This document shows, one piece after another, positions 38,584 to 50,481 of a DNA stretch of 64,000 nucleotides. The notes under the pieces were generated by a model. The model was not told the DNA's origin. It searched no databases and saw only the letters and a list, made by a program, of their open reading frames with translations. This DNA comes from Octopus bimaculoides. Its lineage: Eukaryota. The DNA lies in NCBI RefSeq assembly GCF_001194135.2, contig NC_068981.1, forward strand, positions 164,386,353-164,450,352, written 5' to 3'. Position 1 is the first letter of the stretch. Each line of letters begins with the position of its first letter. A program made the translations under genes and the position numbers.

Positions 38584-39621
38584 TGTGTGTGTGATATGTG
38601 TGTGCGTGCGTGTGTGCGTGTGGTCGTGATTTCCGTACGTTTCAGCTGAATGGAAGTGTCAGTGCGAGTGTTAAAGCCTTGATTGCAGAAAACTGGCTTC
38701 CTGGCTACAGCACAATTGGTTTGACGGGTGCATGAGTAGGACCAGTTCCGTTTTGATACGAGAAACACAGCTGAAGTCGTCAGAGAGGCTCCAAGTTCAT
38801 TCTCCGTGCCATCCACGCTTCATTGCAAGTGTTGATTGGATCTGTTCGAGATTTGAACATGGAGAGTAGAAAGAGCGTGTGAATGGCGTGAGGAAATATT
38901 GTGAGAAATAGGATTGGAGGAGAAGAGCGAGAGAAAGAAAGAGAGAGGGGGAGAGTGGGGGTAGAGGGAGATAGAGGAAGACATATACAGAGACGGAGAC
39001 AGAGAGAGGGATAGAGAGACAGGTAGGGAGAGAGAGAAGGAGAAAGTGTAAGGGAGATGTAGAGACAGAGAGATAGGCAGAGATAGAAGTATGTGTTCGT
39101 GCATGTGTGTGTGTATGCGTGTGTGTATATCTTTCTGTGTGTATGTGTGTGTATGTGAGTGTGCGTGCGTGTGCGTGCGTGTATGTGTATGTGTGTGTGT
39201 GTGTATTTGTGTGTAGAGGGTAGAAGGGTGAGAAGTAAAAAGAGAAAGAAACGAGAAGAGAGATAAGGAGACAGAGATAATGTCTGAGTTTGTGTGTGTT
39301 GTTTGAGAACATACGCGTGTATGTGTATAAATGAACATGTATGTATGCATATATTGGTGTGTCTATCTGTGTGCTGTGTGAGGAATACAGAGGAGTAAAA
39401 GAAAGAGACATAGAGGGGAAGAGACAGAACGAGAAAGAGAAAGAGAGAAATGATGCAGGGAGGGGAAACAAGGAAATGCAATGAATGCAAAGGTAGAGAG
39501 AAATATGAAAGAAAAATGGGATGTGAGAGAATGTGAATGTAGATGTGTATGTGTTTGTGTTTGTGTTTGTGTGAACAACAGACATGTATCGAGAAAATCA
39601 AAAGCATTTCATTATAGAAAG

Positions 39622-39663
<42 letters not shown>

Positions 39664-39853
39664 NNNNNNNNNNNNNNNNNNNNNNNNNNNNNNNNNNNNN
39701 NNNNNNNNNNNNNNNNNNNNNNNNNNNNNNNNNNNNNNNNNNNNNNNNNNNNNNNNNNNNNNNNNNNNNNNNNNNNNNNNNNNNNNNNNNNNNNNNNNNN
39801 NNNNNNNNNNNNNNNNNNNNNNNNNNNNNNNNNNNNNNNNNNNNNNNNNNNNN

Positions 39854-39913
<60 letters not shown>

Positions 39914-40097
39914 GAAAAAAGGAGAGCAGAGGAGACATGAAAAGAAATAGAGAATTATGAATGAGTGTGTAAACAGGAAAAATAGTAAAATACAAAGTAT
40001 GGAAGAGAGCAATGACTTTTGGGGGGAAAATGTTGTATGGAAGTAGGAAATAAAGAAATAAATAAGAGATAAGCACTGATATTACTATTGGTTGTTT

Positions 40098-40260
40098 AGG
40101 CGGCGAGCCGGCAGGATCGTTAGCACGCCAAGTGAAATGCTCAGCGGCATTTCGTCTCTCTTTCCATTGTGAGTCCAAATTCTGCTGAGTTTGACTTTAC
40201 CTTTCATTCTTTCGTGGTCGACGAAACAAATACCAGTTAAACACTGGTGGGGGTCAGATA
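40098..40260 (+). mobile_element. SINE family A, degraded
   Basis: ggcggcgagccggcaggatcgttagcacgcc. Confidence 0.75.
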
Positions 40261-42093
40261 GACAAAGGCAATGACAATAATGAGCCAACAATGAATGGAA
40301 CTTCGAAAGAGTTGCTGGATTCGCTAATCTAAATCTACCTGAAAACAGCTTAACTTCTCAAAACAAGGAAACACTGGGCTAGCGATTCTTTGATTTTTAA
40401 TCTCTTTGAACACATCGGGATAGGCGGTGCCGAAGCATCGTGCCGAAATGGCAATTCAGCTGGGGTGCCATCACTCACTTCTAAAGACGGTGACCGGACG
40501 ATACATGCAAATTTATCCTTGAAATTGGGATACTTTTATTAAACAACTCGGGCCCGGCTACGGTGCCGTTTTTAGAGGCGTTCAATTGTTACCACTTAGA
40601 GGCAGCATGGCATCTATCGATCGAACGCGCAAACCATTGTTCTGAAAGAGATTGGATGATGGAATTAATAGCATATCATTTTTGAAAATAAAAATACATG
40701 GTGATCTTAACTGGTAGTAATTTAAACCATAGTTTTCGTAATTCGGAGCTGATCAAGACTTAAACAACAAAAACAGCAGCCAAATAACTCTCAGGTCTTT
40801 GTGGTAAACTTTATTTGTTGTCGAGTTTAATACAATCGCCTGGCTCGTAAGTACTTTTGGTAGATTTCGTTTCATTGCAAACATTAAGGCCAAGTCTCTA
40901 GTTTGAGAATAACTTCTTTCTATCTCCTACCCAGTTTCGGGAGCTCTGAAGAAGTAAAGGGTCAATGGTGCTGCATTTCATCATATACTTAAACGATAAA
41001 AGATGTCACACTATACCCTAACATACTAAAGTAGGAAACGGAAACATTAGCCAATAGAGTGTCTTAGTTTTTATTGAAGATGTGGTACAAGAAAATACCT
41101 TCGGATATAAAACAAATATTAACACATTAATCCCAGCAAAATTGATTTTTTTTTACTATAGTTTGTAAAACGAACTTAGTAAAGGCATACCCTGACACAA
41201 AATCGTCTAAAGATTTGAATTTGTAGAGGGAACAATACCACGTCACTCATCGCCTAGTATTGATATCAAACGCATTGAAAATAAAAACGAATGTATCTTT
41301 ATCAACCTGATCTAATTGCATCTTATTCTTCCATAACCTGGATTCTTCTCCTAAAAGTCTTTAATTTCACTGATATCGTACAAAAGTAACTGCAGAACAC
41401 CACGCCTTCAAGGAGATTCCTTTTTTACCAATATTTCTTGCTAGGTTAAGAGGAATGGTAAGAGCTATTTTGAGGACAACATTGTGAGCAGTAAAAATTG
41501 TGTTAGGATGGATTACAGGTGCACAAAATCCTTCGTGTAATTCCATCGAGAACTGCATGACAGAAGTACTGTAACCCTATAAACCAAGGGAAGCTGATGT
41601 ACAATTACATCAACAGAAAGCTGGAGCTAATAAAGAGCAAATTCCTACAGAAAATATTGTATAACGGGCTGGTGCATCCTTAAGTGGCACAGCAACATCA
41701 CCACATGGAATATAAGCCAGCTTTTTCAAATAATATTTAGAAATAGAAAAACCGAGGAAAAATCACCAGCTTCTCATGTGCACTGTTTAATGAGACTCAG
41801 GCATTTAAGAATGGACCAAAGCTCTGTGTACTGTGCTTCACACAAGGAGCTTAACGTCATCCGCCATCCTCCCTCAAGTCTAAATGAAAATAACAAAAAC
41901 TAATTTCAACTCGCCGAAACATGCCCAAATTTTACTATGACAATTTCAAAGACACTCCTTTATGCATGACAGACGAAGATCAACGATCTACATAGTCTTA
42001 CATCGCATAGAGGTTATCGTATTACTTTCAAACCCGTTTATATATACGGTCGACTAATTAAACGAAACGGTGGTTCGGATGATGTAATCCCTG

Positions 42094-42133
<40 letters not shown>

Positions 42134-42279
42134 GGAAAGAGAGCGAAGGGGAGGAAGGGTAAGAGATGGATAAAGAAGACGAGTGTGGAGACATTAAAAT
42201 GCTACACTTGTAAGCACCGAAAGAGGGCTAACTTAATATGCAGTGCAGGATATTTATTTTACAAAAACTGAATACTTTT

Positions 42280-42860
42280 TCGGGCGACTTGAGTTTCACG
42301 AGACTTCGATCTTATGTTTCAGTATGTCATACCGTGTTCCTATATTGAAATGAGTTTGTATGTGTATGGTTGACCTTTAAATTCGTTAGTTTCTAAATAT
42401 TGCTTTTAGGTTAGTGTTAATTTGATTATTGTTGTACTGCTATTGTTTAGTCGCTAATACGTCGGTTGTTTTCTCTCCGTTGGTGGTTTTCGTAGTTATA
42501 TCCCATTTCTCGAGAATGTTTTTCGTATTCATTACTTAATTCGTGTCCTTTTTATTGATGTCTTGTTGTTCTTCATTGGCCAAATTTTTGGTTGCTTTGC
42601 TTTGTGTAAATAGGAAAAATTCGTAAGTCCCGTAATACATCTGTGTGGGTCGAGTTTTGCTGGCGCCAGGTTTATTTCTTTTGTTGTCGTGATCTTTTGC
42701 TATTCATGTAGCACTAAATAAATACTCATTTTATTGGTCAATTTTTTGGTCACTTTGTTTATGCTGTTCGATTACTTTTCTGTTGTGGTCGGTAATGTCA
42801 TGCCTTCATTCTTTACCATTGCTGAAAAATAGTATGTTTGTCCTGTTTGGAATTAGGACA
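42280..42860 (-). mobile_element. Possible highly decayed Penelope-like (GIY-YIG) element end
   Basis: ITDHNRKVIE...YLFSAT...KNLANE...WDI...TNGEKT loosely follows PLE C-termini; terminal ctgaaac...gtgaaactcaagtc resembles a decayed hammerhead region. Confidence 0.35.
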
Positions 42861-44515
42861 ATTTTTTAAATATGATTTTATTTTGGTACTGAAATGAGAT
42901 ATCAAAAATTTCATCTAAACAGCAACCATATGCGCTAAATAAATTATATTGTATTTTTGTGCGGTGTACGAGGGAAGGACAATATGCCGGTTTTACAAAC
43001 ACATACATACATATATGTGTACATATATGTATATATGTGTGTATGCATGTGTGTGTGTTTGGATATGTATATGTTTTTGTAAGTGTGTGAACGTGAACGT
43101 GCACGTGTGCGTAAGAGGGCGGTTTTCTGTCTATGCGAGGAATATTACGTAACAAACTTTATACCAGATGTATGAATTAATTAATTCTGTCTAAGGAATT
43201 AAATATAATCTTGCTGGTTATAACCCCGTATAAATCAAATAAATTTAACACCAGAATGATCGCTATTTCAACCTAATTAGGTCTCAACATTTTCCGTGCG
43301 GTTAGAATCACGTATGCGCTAACACTCAGACTGTTTATATTTATCAGTCAATATTCAGAATGAATCATCTGGTGCTATAGAATTGGCAATTTATATTTGA
43401 GAGTATTTCACAACACTACTGCATATAAGATTTATATAACTCTTTACAAGAATGATTTTCTAGTCTTAATTTAAATTGATTTAGAATAAAACTTTTCAAA
43501 TAATACTTACTTATATGGAAGTAATACGTCCATCCATAGATAAAATATATTATAATAAATATACATAAACTCTATAAAGTCTTTGTACAACTTTAAATTA
43601 TTAATCTAAAAATTTTATACTTTCTATAACATTTAGTAGTTTGAAACATATATTTTTATCGTCTTTAGCTACAAAATTTATTACAATTGCTTATTTTCTA
43701 AGAAAAAAGTTATGCTTTCTTCAACTTTATTTTATAGGAAAATGTAAGAACTAACGATTACTTAAGTAAACTCTAGACGACCTGTGGGTTTCCATAACTA
43801 ATGTGATTCAGGGAATAACTGAAAAAAACAGCTGCAAAACATATTTTTACGACTTCCGATTCGCAAACAGTTTGTACGTGTACTTATGGTGGACATGTTA
43901 ATAAAGTAACAACATATACATTTTAAAATACATTTCTTTTCATAGATTCATATCTATTCTTCTGTATTAAATGAAGAAACGGTGTCGAGTGAAAATTCTG
44001 TAAAAAAAATAATTATAAGCTTTAAACTTATAAGCGTTCACCGTGTACTAGCTTTAGAAAATAGTCTAATATTTGGGCATTAGTACGTTGAAAAATATTG
44101 CGTATACATCTAATTAAGAAATTTGCGTTAGACTGCTCTGTTTAAATGCTGGACAGCAGCGTGATACCTTGGGGGATATTTAGCAAATAGTAAGCACACA
44201 GATAAACGTATATACATATTTCATGTATTAATTAATTTATTAATTTATTTAGGTATGGACGGACATACCGTTAGCGGAAACCCAAATTTTAGTACCTAAC
44301 TGCGACAAATGTATAAAACTGGCGAGATTGAGGTTCAAGGCAAAACAAGAATATGTATACATATATACATACATACACACACATGCATACGTATATATAT
44401 ACATATATACATAAATATATTTTTATATGTGTATATACACAACACACACACTACACACGCATGTTTATACACATGAACAAAGTGGAATGTATACGTGGGC
44501 TGTGTATTTACTTCC

Positions 44516-44554
<39 letters not shown>

Positions 44555-44557
<3 letters not shown>

Positions 44558-44790
44558 TTGTGTGTCTGCTTGTCCCGCCTCACCGTCGCTTGAAATCGAT
44601 GTTGGTGCGTNNNNNNNNNNACCGTCGCTTGAAATCGATGTTGGTGCGTTTACGTCCCCGTAACTTAGCAGTTCGGCAAAAGACACCGATAGAATAAGTA
44701 CTAGGCTTACAAAGAATAAGTCCTGGCGTCCACTAAAAGAAGTGCTCCAGTAAGCCGCAGGCAAATGACTGAAACATATAGAAAAGAAAA
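44555..44790 (+). mobile_element. SINE family B, 3' half
   Basis: tttacgtccccgtaacttagcagttcggc...atgactgaaac. Confidence 0.85.
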
Positions 44791-44876
44791 AAAAAAGAAT
44801 GTGTGTGTGTGCGTGCGTGTGTGTGTGTGTATGTGNNNNNNNNNNNNNNNNNNNNNNNNNNNNNNNNNNNNNNNNN

Positions 44877-44943
<67 letters not shown>

Positions 44944-45577
44944 CCATATATGTATGCGTGTGTGAATGTATGTAGAAGTTCGCAACAATTGCTGGCCGTG
45001 ATGTAACCTCATCTATACTAGTCGCATCATACAACGATGATGAAATAGATGCAGGAAAAAAAAATTAGAATAATATAAAGATAGACTGCAAAAATGTATG
45101 GAAGAATACATTACACATGAATGACTGTGTCAATACAAACCTAGTTTATGGCTCATTTCACACAGCAGATCCGCGTTATTTGTATGCAAGACTTGTGTCG
45201 ACTGTATTTTGATTATCGTTCTCCTTGTCCAGAGATGTAATACCAACCCTCAAAGCTACACAAAACAGATTAGCAACGAAATGTTGCTTACAGCATCGTT
45301 TTTTTTTTTATTATATATTTATTTAAAAAAATATTAATATAATAAACGGCTCCTTTTATTTGCCATAAGGGCGACGAATGGGGCGGAGGAGGGTTGATTT
45401 GGCACACTAAAAAACCGGAGGTTGCAAAACATTGAAATTCTTGTCTTGTTTTTATTATTTTACATCAAATGCTAGAAAAGAACGAAATAATAATAATAAA
45501 AAAGACATATAAGAAATGAAAGGAAAATATTTGAAAAATATACAAAAAGATATTGTGATAACAAAATAAGAATACTA

Positions 45578-45653
<76 letters not shown>

Positions 45654-46271
45654 GTCTTTATTATGCATTATTTGATGTTTTTTGATAACTTAATAATGGT
45701 GGAATTCTTTGAAATATATCGGAGCAGTTTCATGTTAGTATATATGTATGTATGTATGTATATATATATACACATATATATGCATATAATACATATAATA
45801 TATGTATGTGTGCGCATATATATGTATATCTATCTATCTACGTGCAGTCGTGTTTATGCATTCATCATTCATATACATACACACACACACACACACACAC
45901 ATACATGCATATATATACATGCATAAACATGTAAACAATCGCACACGCATACACACATCTATGCACGTGTTCTTACATTTATTTTGAGTCGCACTCCTGT
46001 ACTATTTGATGGGATCTTAGTTCACTATAAATGTCGCAACTATCCGGAATTCGCCAATACAATGTACACATATTTTATGTACACTACCAATTCATGCAGT
46101 GTTCAATGTTTGAACTCAAAGTTCTATGTTTGCTTAGGTGTCCGCTTGACCTTGTGAGCTAAATCAGTTGATGTAAACATTCTCGTTCTGTATACATAGG
46201 GTAAGGACGCATTTACACATTCACACACACATATGTATAGGATACGTAGATGGTTATCTTAATTAGATATT

Positions 46272-46435
46272 GCCTCAGGCGTTGCTGTGCAGCAAGAAAT
46301 TGCTTCCCAACCACATAGCTCCGGGTTCAGTGCCACTGCGTGGCACCGTGGGCAAGTGTCTTCAGCTTTAACCTTGGGATGATCAAAATTTTGTGAGTGA
46401 ATTTGATTAACGGAAACTGAAATAAGCCGTCGTGT
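46272..46435 (+). mobile_element. SINE family B, 5' half
   Basis: ttgcttcccaaccacatagctccgggttcag. Confidence 0.8.
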
Positions 46436-46603
46436 GTGTGTGTGTTTGTGTTTGTGTGTGTGTTTGTGTTTGTGTGTGTGTTTGTGTTTGTGTGTGTGTG
46501 TATCTATATAAAAATGTACACACACATAAATAAATGGAGTCGCATGAAACGATCGTACTGCATTAACCTTGAATATCCTTGTTGCTTATTTTGATTTTAA
46601 TCA

Positions 46604-46651
<48 letters not shown>

Positions 46652-47138
46652 TTACTAAGTTACAGGACGTAAACAAAGTAACACCGGTTGTCAAATGTTA
46701 CTTTGTTTACGTCCCCATAACTTAATGCCTCAGTAAAAGATCCGATAGAATAAGTACCATGCTTGAAAGAATAACTACCAGGATTGATTTTTTTTCTTTC
46801 AAATAAGTCCCCTTCGAAGCGGCGCCAAAGCGTTGCCACTGTCTGACGACTGATACAAGTAAAAGGTAATATATAACGAATAGCTTGAAAGAATAGATGA
46901 ATTCAGAAGAATTAACGGCCATCCAATTAAAACCACCGGGTGTGAGGAACCCTTAGCTGTTGACACAGCATACTTTTAGGAGAGGAACACTCTGGCAAAA
47001 CATGCAGCTCTACATGATTACTGGTCATCTCTTTTCGGTCTTTCATTAGGTACTAATCACGGGCACTCAGAAATTGATACTTCTGTTGTAAAAGCGTTTA
47101 TCACAATAATCCAATGACGTATAGACGTCTCTTTATGG

Positions 47139-47451
47139 CAGGGGTTCTCAACCATCTTTTACCTGTGAACCCCCTTGATTCCTGGGTGTTCACCCCACCC
47201 ATTGCCATTCGATATTTAGAAAATCCTATTGTGTTTTTCATAATTAAATATTATTAGGACTTGTATAAAAAAAAGCTACTAAAATATTTTGTGTATCGTG
47301 GACCTATAACTAATTTATTGCACATAAACTTTACTTGTCTGAAACACAATTTTTTTATGGCCCCTGAAAAATTACCGTAGATTAGCAGCTTGCTAAATTG
47401 TATCCGTGGACCTCCAAAAATCTTATATGGACCCTCAGTTGTGAACCCATG
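47139..47451. mobile_element. hAT (Charlie-like) MITE
   Basis: TIR CAGGGGTTCTCAAC / GTTGTGAACCCATG; 8-bp TSD ctttatgg / ctttttgg. Confidence 0.85.
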
Positions 47452-49372
47452 CTTTTTGGTAACTTCATTTGTCATTCCATTTACTTAAAGTCCTATTGCG
47501 TTGAAAGAATTGTGTTGTGTGCAAACGCAACCAGTTGAAAGCGCACAGTTATACAGGTCAGTAGCAGGACTGATTAGTCAGCTGAGTGGTCATGGATAGA
47601 AAGTCAGAAATGATATTGACAGTGGGCTAACAGACACAAACAGGGCAATCATCTGTGTAAATGACTTAATCACCATGTATAAACGAAATATCTTGTGCAT
47701 AACACAAGGTAAAATAGAATTGGTGTATATTTCAATATTACAAAACTTCAATGTGGATGAAATTAGAAATTAAACAGATTCCTTATATGTTATTACTATG
47801 AGAAAAGAAAAAGAAAAAGAAGAGTGCCTTGGTGGATAGTTTCATGGTCTATTGACTGATCTTCAGAGAAGGCATACACAGCTTCTTGCTCGCAATCTGT
47901 AGCACAGATAAGTCATCGCAAACAGACGTAAATTTAGTTAGCACTTCGTGGTAGATAGCCTAATACATACATACATACATACATACATACATACATACAT
48001 ACATACATACACACACACACGTAAATATGGTTTTTCAATGAAGACCAGTTCACCGAATTGTTTTTAATATACTAACACATCTTCATGATACACAAATGTA
48101 TAGTTACTATTGTATTGTACTTATTGCTTTTATTGTTTTTTTTCTAAAGAACATGTACAAGCATCGTACTTAAGAAAATATAATTTCGTCTGATCTTAAC
48201 CTTGACACGTTGCCAAAAATGTTGAGTAGCATATGGAGCCGATTGCATTTTCGACAGGTATACTTAATTTGTGGTCATTTTTTTAATAGAAGCTTTTTCT
48301 ATTTGTCTTTGTAGGATGGGTGAAAGGTAAAGGCAGTTGGTGGTGGGAATTTTGAACATATACTTATTTCGCCAATAGCCAAAATTTATCGATAGTTATA
48401 CATACATACATACATACATACATGTGTATAAATGTGTGTATTTATCTACCACTGAAAGATTGTTAGAACACAGATTATTGTGCTATTTACCATGATAGGA
48501 CCTCTCATATGGGCTTGTGGTACATGTAAGCATTCGTGTTTATATCGTCGATGGGCGATAATCGTCCGCTGCTACCGCCGGAACTACCAGATCACTTGAC
48601 TTCACAATTTCTTGTGCTTCTCAATAGCAGACGTTCGACTAGACACAGCAAATTTCTCCGTCAGCGATATATAGAACTTTACTGTTTGTTCAGGCACAGG
48701 TGTCTCAAATAGCTAGTTCGGCTAGTAAAAAATAATTTATAGTGATAAAAAGATAATACGCGCGCACACATACTCATAGTTTTATATTATTCTTTTAAGA
48801 TGTTAGAGAACTACAATTTAAGTCAGAGTACTTAGTATGCAAAATAGAGTGGAAATGTTTAAGATGATGGCTTGTTTATTCAAGCTTTATTCCTTCTTAG
48901 AATTCGTCTCAGACCATTAAAATGGAGGAAGTCATAACCTTAATTTGAAATATTTGATCATTTGTGTCTCATGTTTTGTTAAAAGTTGTGTTACTTAGTG
49001 TCAAACGTAAAAAAAAGAAACATTACTGAAACTGTTTTTGTTGTAAATTGAAATATTTTCATAAAATGAGCTTTAATAAAAATGACAAATTAGAAATTAA
49101 AGTAAGATTTCCCTAATAGTTAGCCACTAATTTATGATGTAAATCTATTTAATAATAATGATGAATGAGGCATGTGTGTATAACATAAAGATGATACCAA
49201 ACACTTCAATATTAACAATAATTATTAATCCATTATATAATATCATTGTTAAAACCTAGCATTTGGACTTTTATAGATTTTAAAGTGTGGGTATAAGGTT
49301 GAACTAGAAAATTATAATGTATACAATATAATGATTATAACAGAAATCCGTTCCCGGGCTACTTCAGTAGCG

Positions 49373-49391
49373 CGCCAGCAGATGGTAGCAC
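49373..49391 (+). promoter_or_regulatory. CTCF-like motif in a small GC-rich island
   Basis: CGCCAGCAGATGGTAGCAC compared with consensus CCAS(C/T)AG(A/G)(G/T)GGC(A/G)(G/C); one core mismatch. Confidence 0.3.
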
Positions 49392-49463
49392 ACGGTTGTG
49401 TGCGCAGTGAGAGCGAGCAGTGACATTCATCAGGCAGTGTGTCGAGTGAAATCACTGTGCGTT

Positions 49464-49515
49464 CTTTTACTTGTTTCAGTGATTTGACTGTGGTCATGCT
49501 GGAGCACCGCCTTTA
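49464..49515 (-). mobile_element. 3' tail of the host SINE B interrupted by the retroelements at 49516-52169
   Basis: rc AAAGGCGGTGCTCCAGCATGACCACAGTCAAATCACTGAAACAAGTAAAAGA. Confidence 0.85.
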
Positions 49516-50466
49516 TGTTTCATTTTTTTCTTCTGGGCAAAACATTTTGAATATAGTTGGTTTTTTTTTTCCATCTCTTCTGTGTTGTTGGGAGGTGATA
49601 TTTTTACTTCACCCTCCTCCTCTGTTATTCTTTTAAACATTTCCTGGAGTTCCCCCTATGAGATCTCCAGACTTTCCATTTGTACGGCAGCGACTGCTGC
49701 AAAACCTTTGGTAACTCGTTTTGGAGGCTGGTTAGCTTCCAAAGCCTCACACTCCTCGAGAGAGCATTTTTCTCTTATTGTCTCCACCGACATTTCGGTC
49801 GAGGTAAATCAGCAGAAAACACACGAACAAAAGAAAAACAACACAGTTCCAAGATTTTTTTTCTTTTTGGCAATCAATAAGTTCAAATCTCACCTATGTC
49901 ACAATGAAGCCAAAAACGGCTGAAAAAACAGTTCTTTTGTTCCAAAGGGACAATTATATGATTCTGTTCCTTTTATTTTTCTGTTCAAAAAAATTACTTC
50001 CTCTCATGAGGAAAAACAGTTCAAATCCCAACTCCGTCAGGGGGAGGGGCACAGTTCAAATAAAGAGCCTAAAACGGCTGAATACATTTATTTTTCAAAA
50101 GAAAATTGTAGGTTTCCCCCTTTCTTTTCCACAGTTCAAAAAATAAATTCTTCGCAATAGGAACAACAGTTCAAATCCCGCTCCCGGTTTGGGAGTGGGG
50201 CTAAATTTAAAGAATGCACTCCGTTGAAGAATCCAATCGAATAAACAATTGCCAAATGGCTACAGAAATTTCCCTATTCCCTCGAAATACCAGGAAATAA
50301 AATAGTCCAACGCAGCCTGCATACAGGCAACAGTTCACAACAACAATTTTCAACAATAATTTTCAACAACAGTTTGCAAGAAATAGCAGAGTTTCAACTG
50401 TAAAAATAACAACTCACAGAGCGCAAAAAAAAAAAGAAAATAAAAACACGACCGAACTCTTCAACT
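49516..50466 (-). mobile_element. Element 2: 5' part of a second Tx1/L1-like retroelement (repeat-containing 5' UTR plus ORF1 start), 3'-deleted
   Basis: ORF 49793 to about 49515, MSVETIREKC...ESLEIS*GELQEMFKRITEEEGEVKISPP...LY, weakly similar to ..CLEELGKFKEMLKMEGNKLKVFP...IY of element 1; three degenerate units of about 145 bp upstream. Confidence 0.55.
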
Positions 50467-50481
50467 GGAAGCAAGCTTCTT

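Noticed and set aside
44582-44649. Exact 29-bp direct repeat flanking a 10-N gap
   Set aside because: Typical overlapping-contig assembly artefact.
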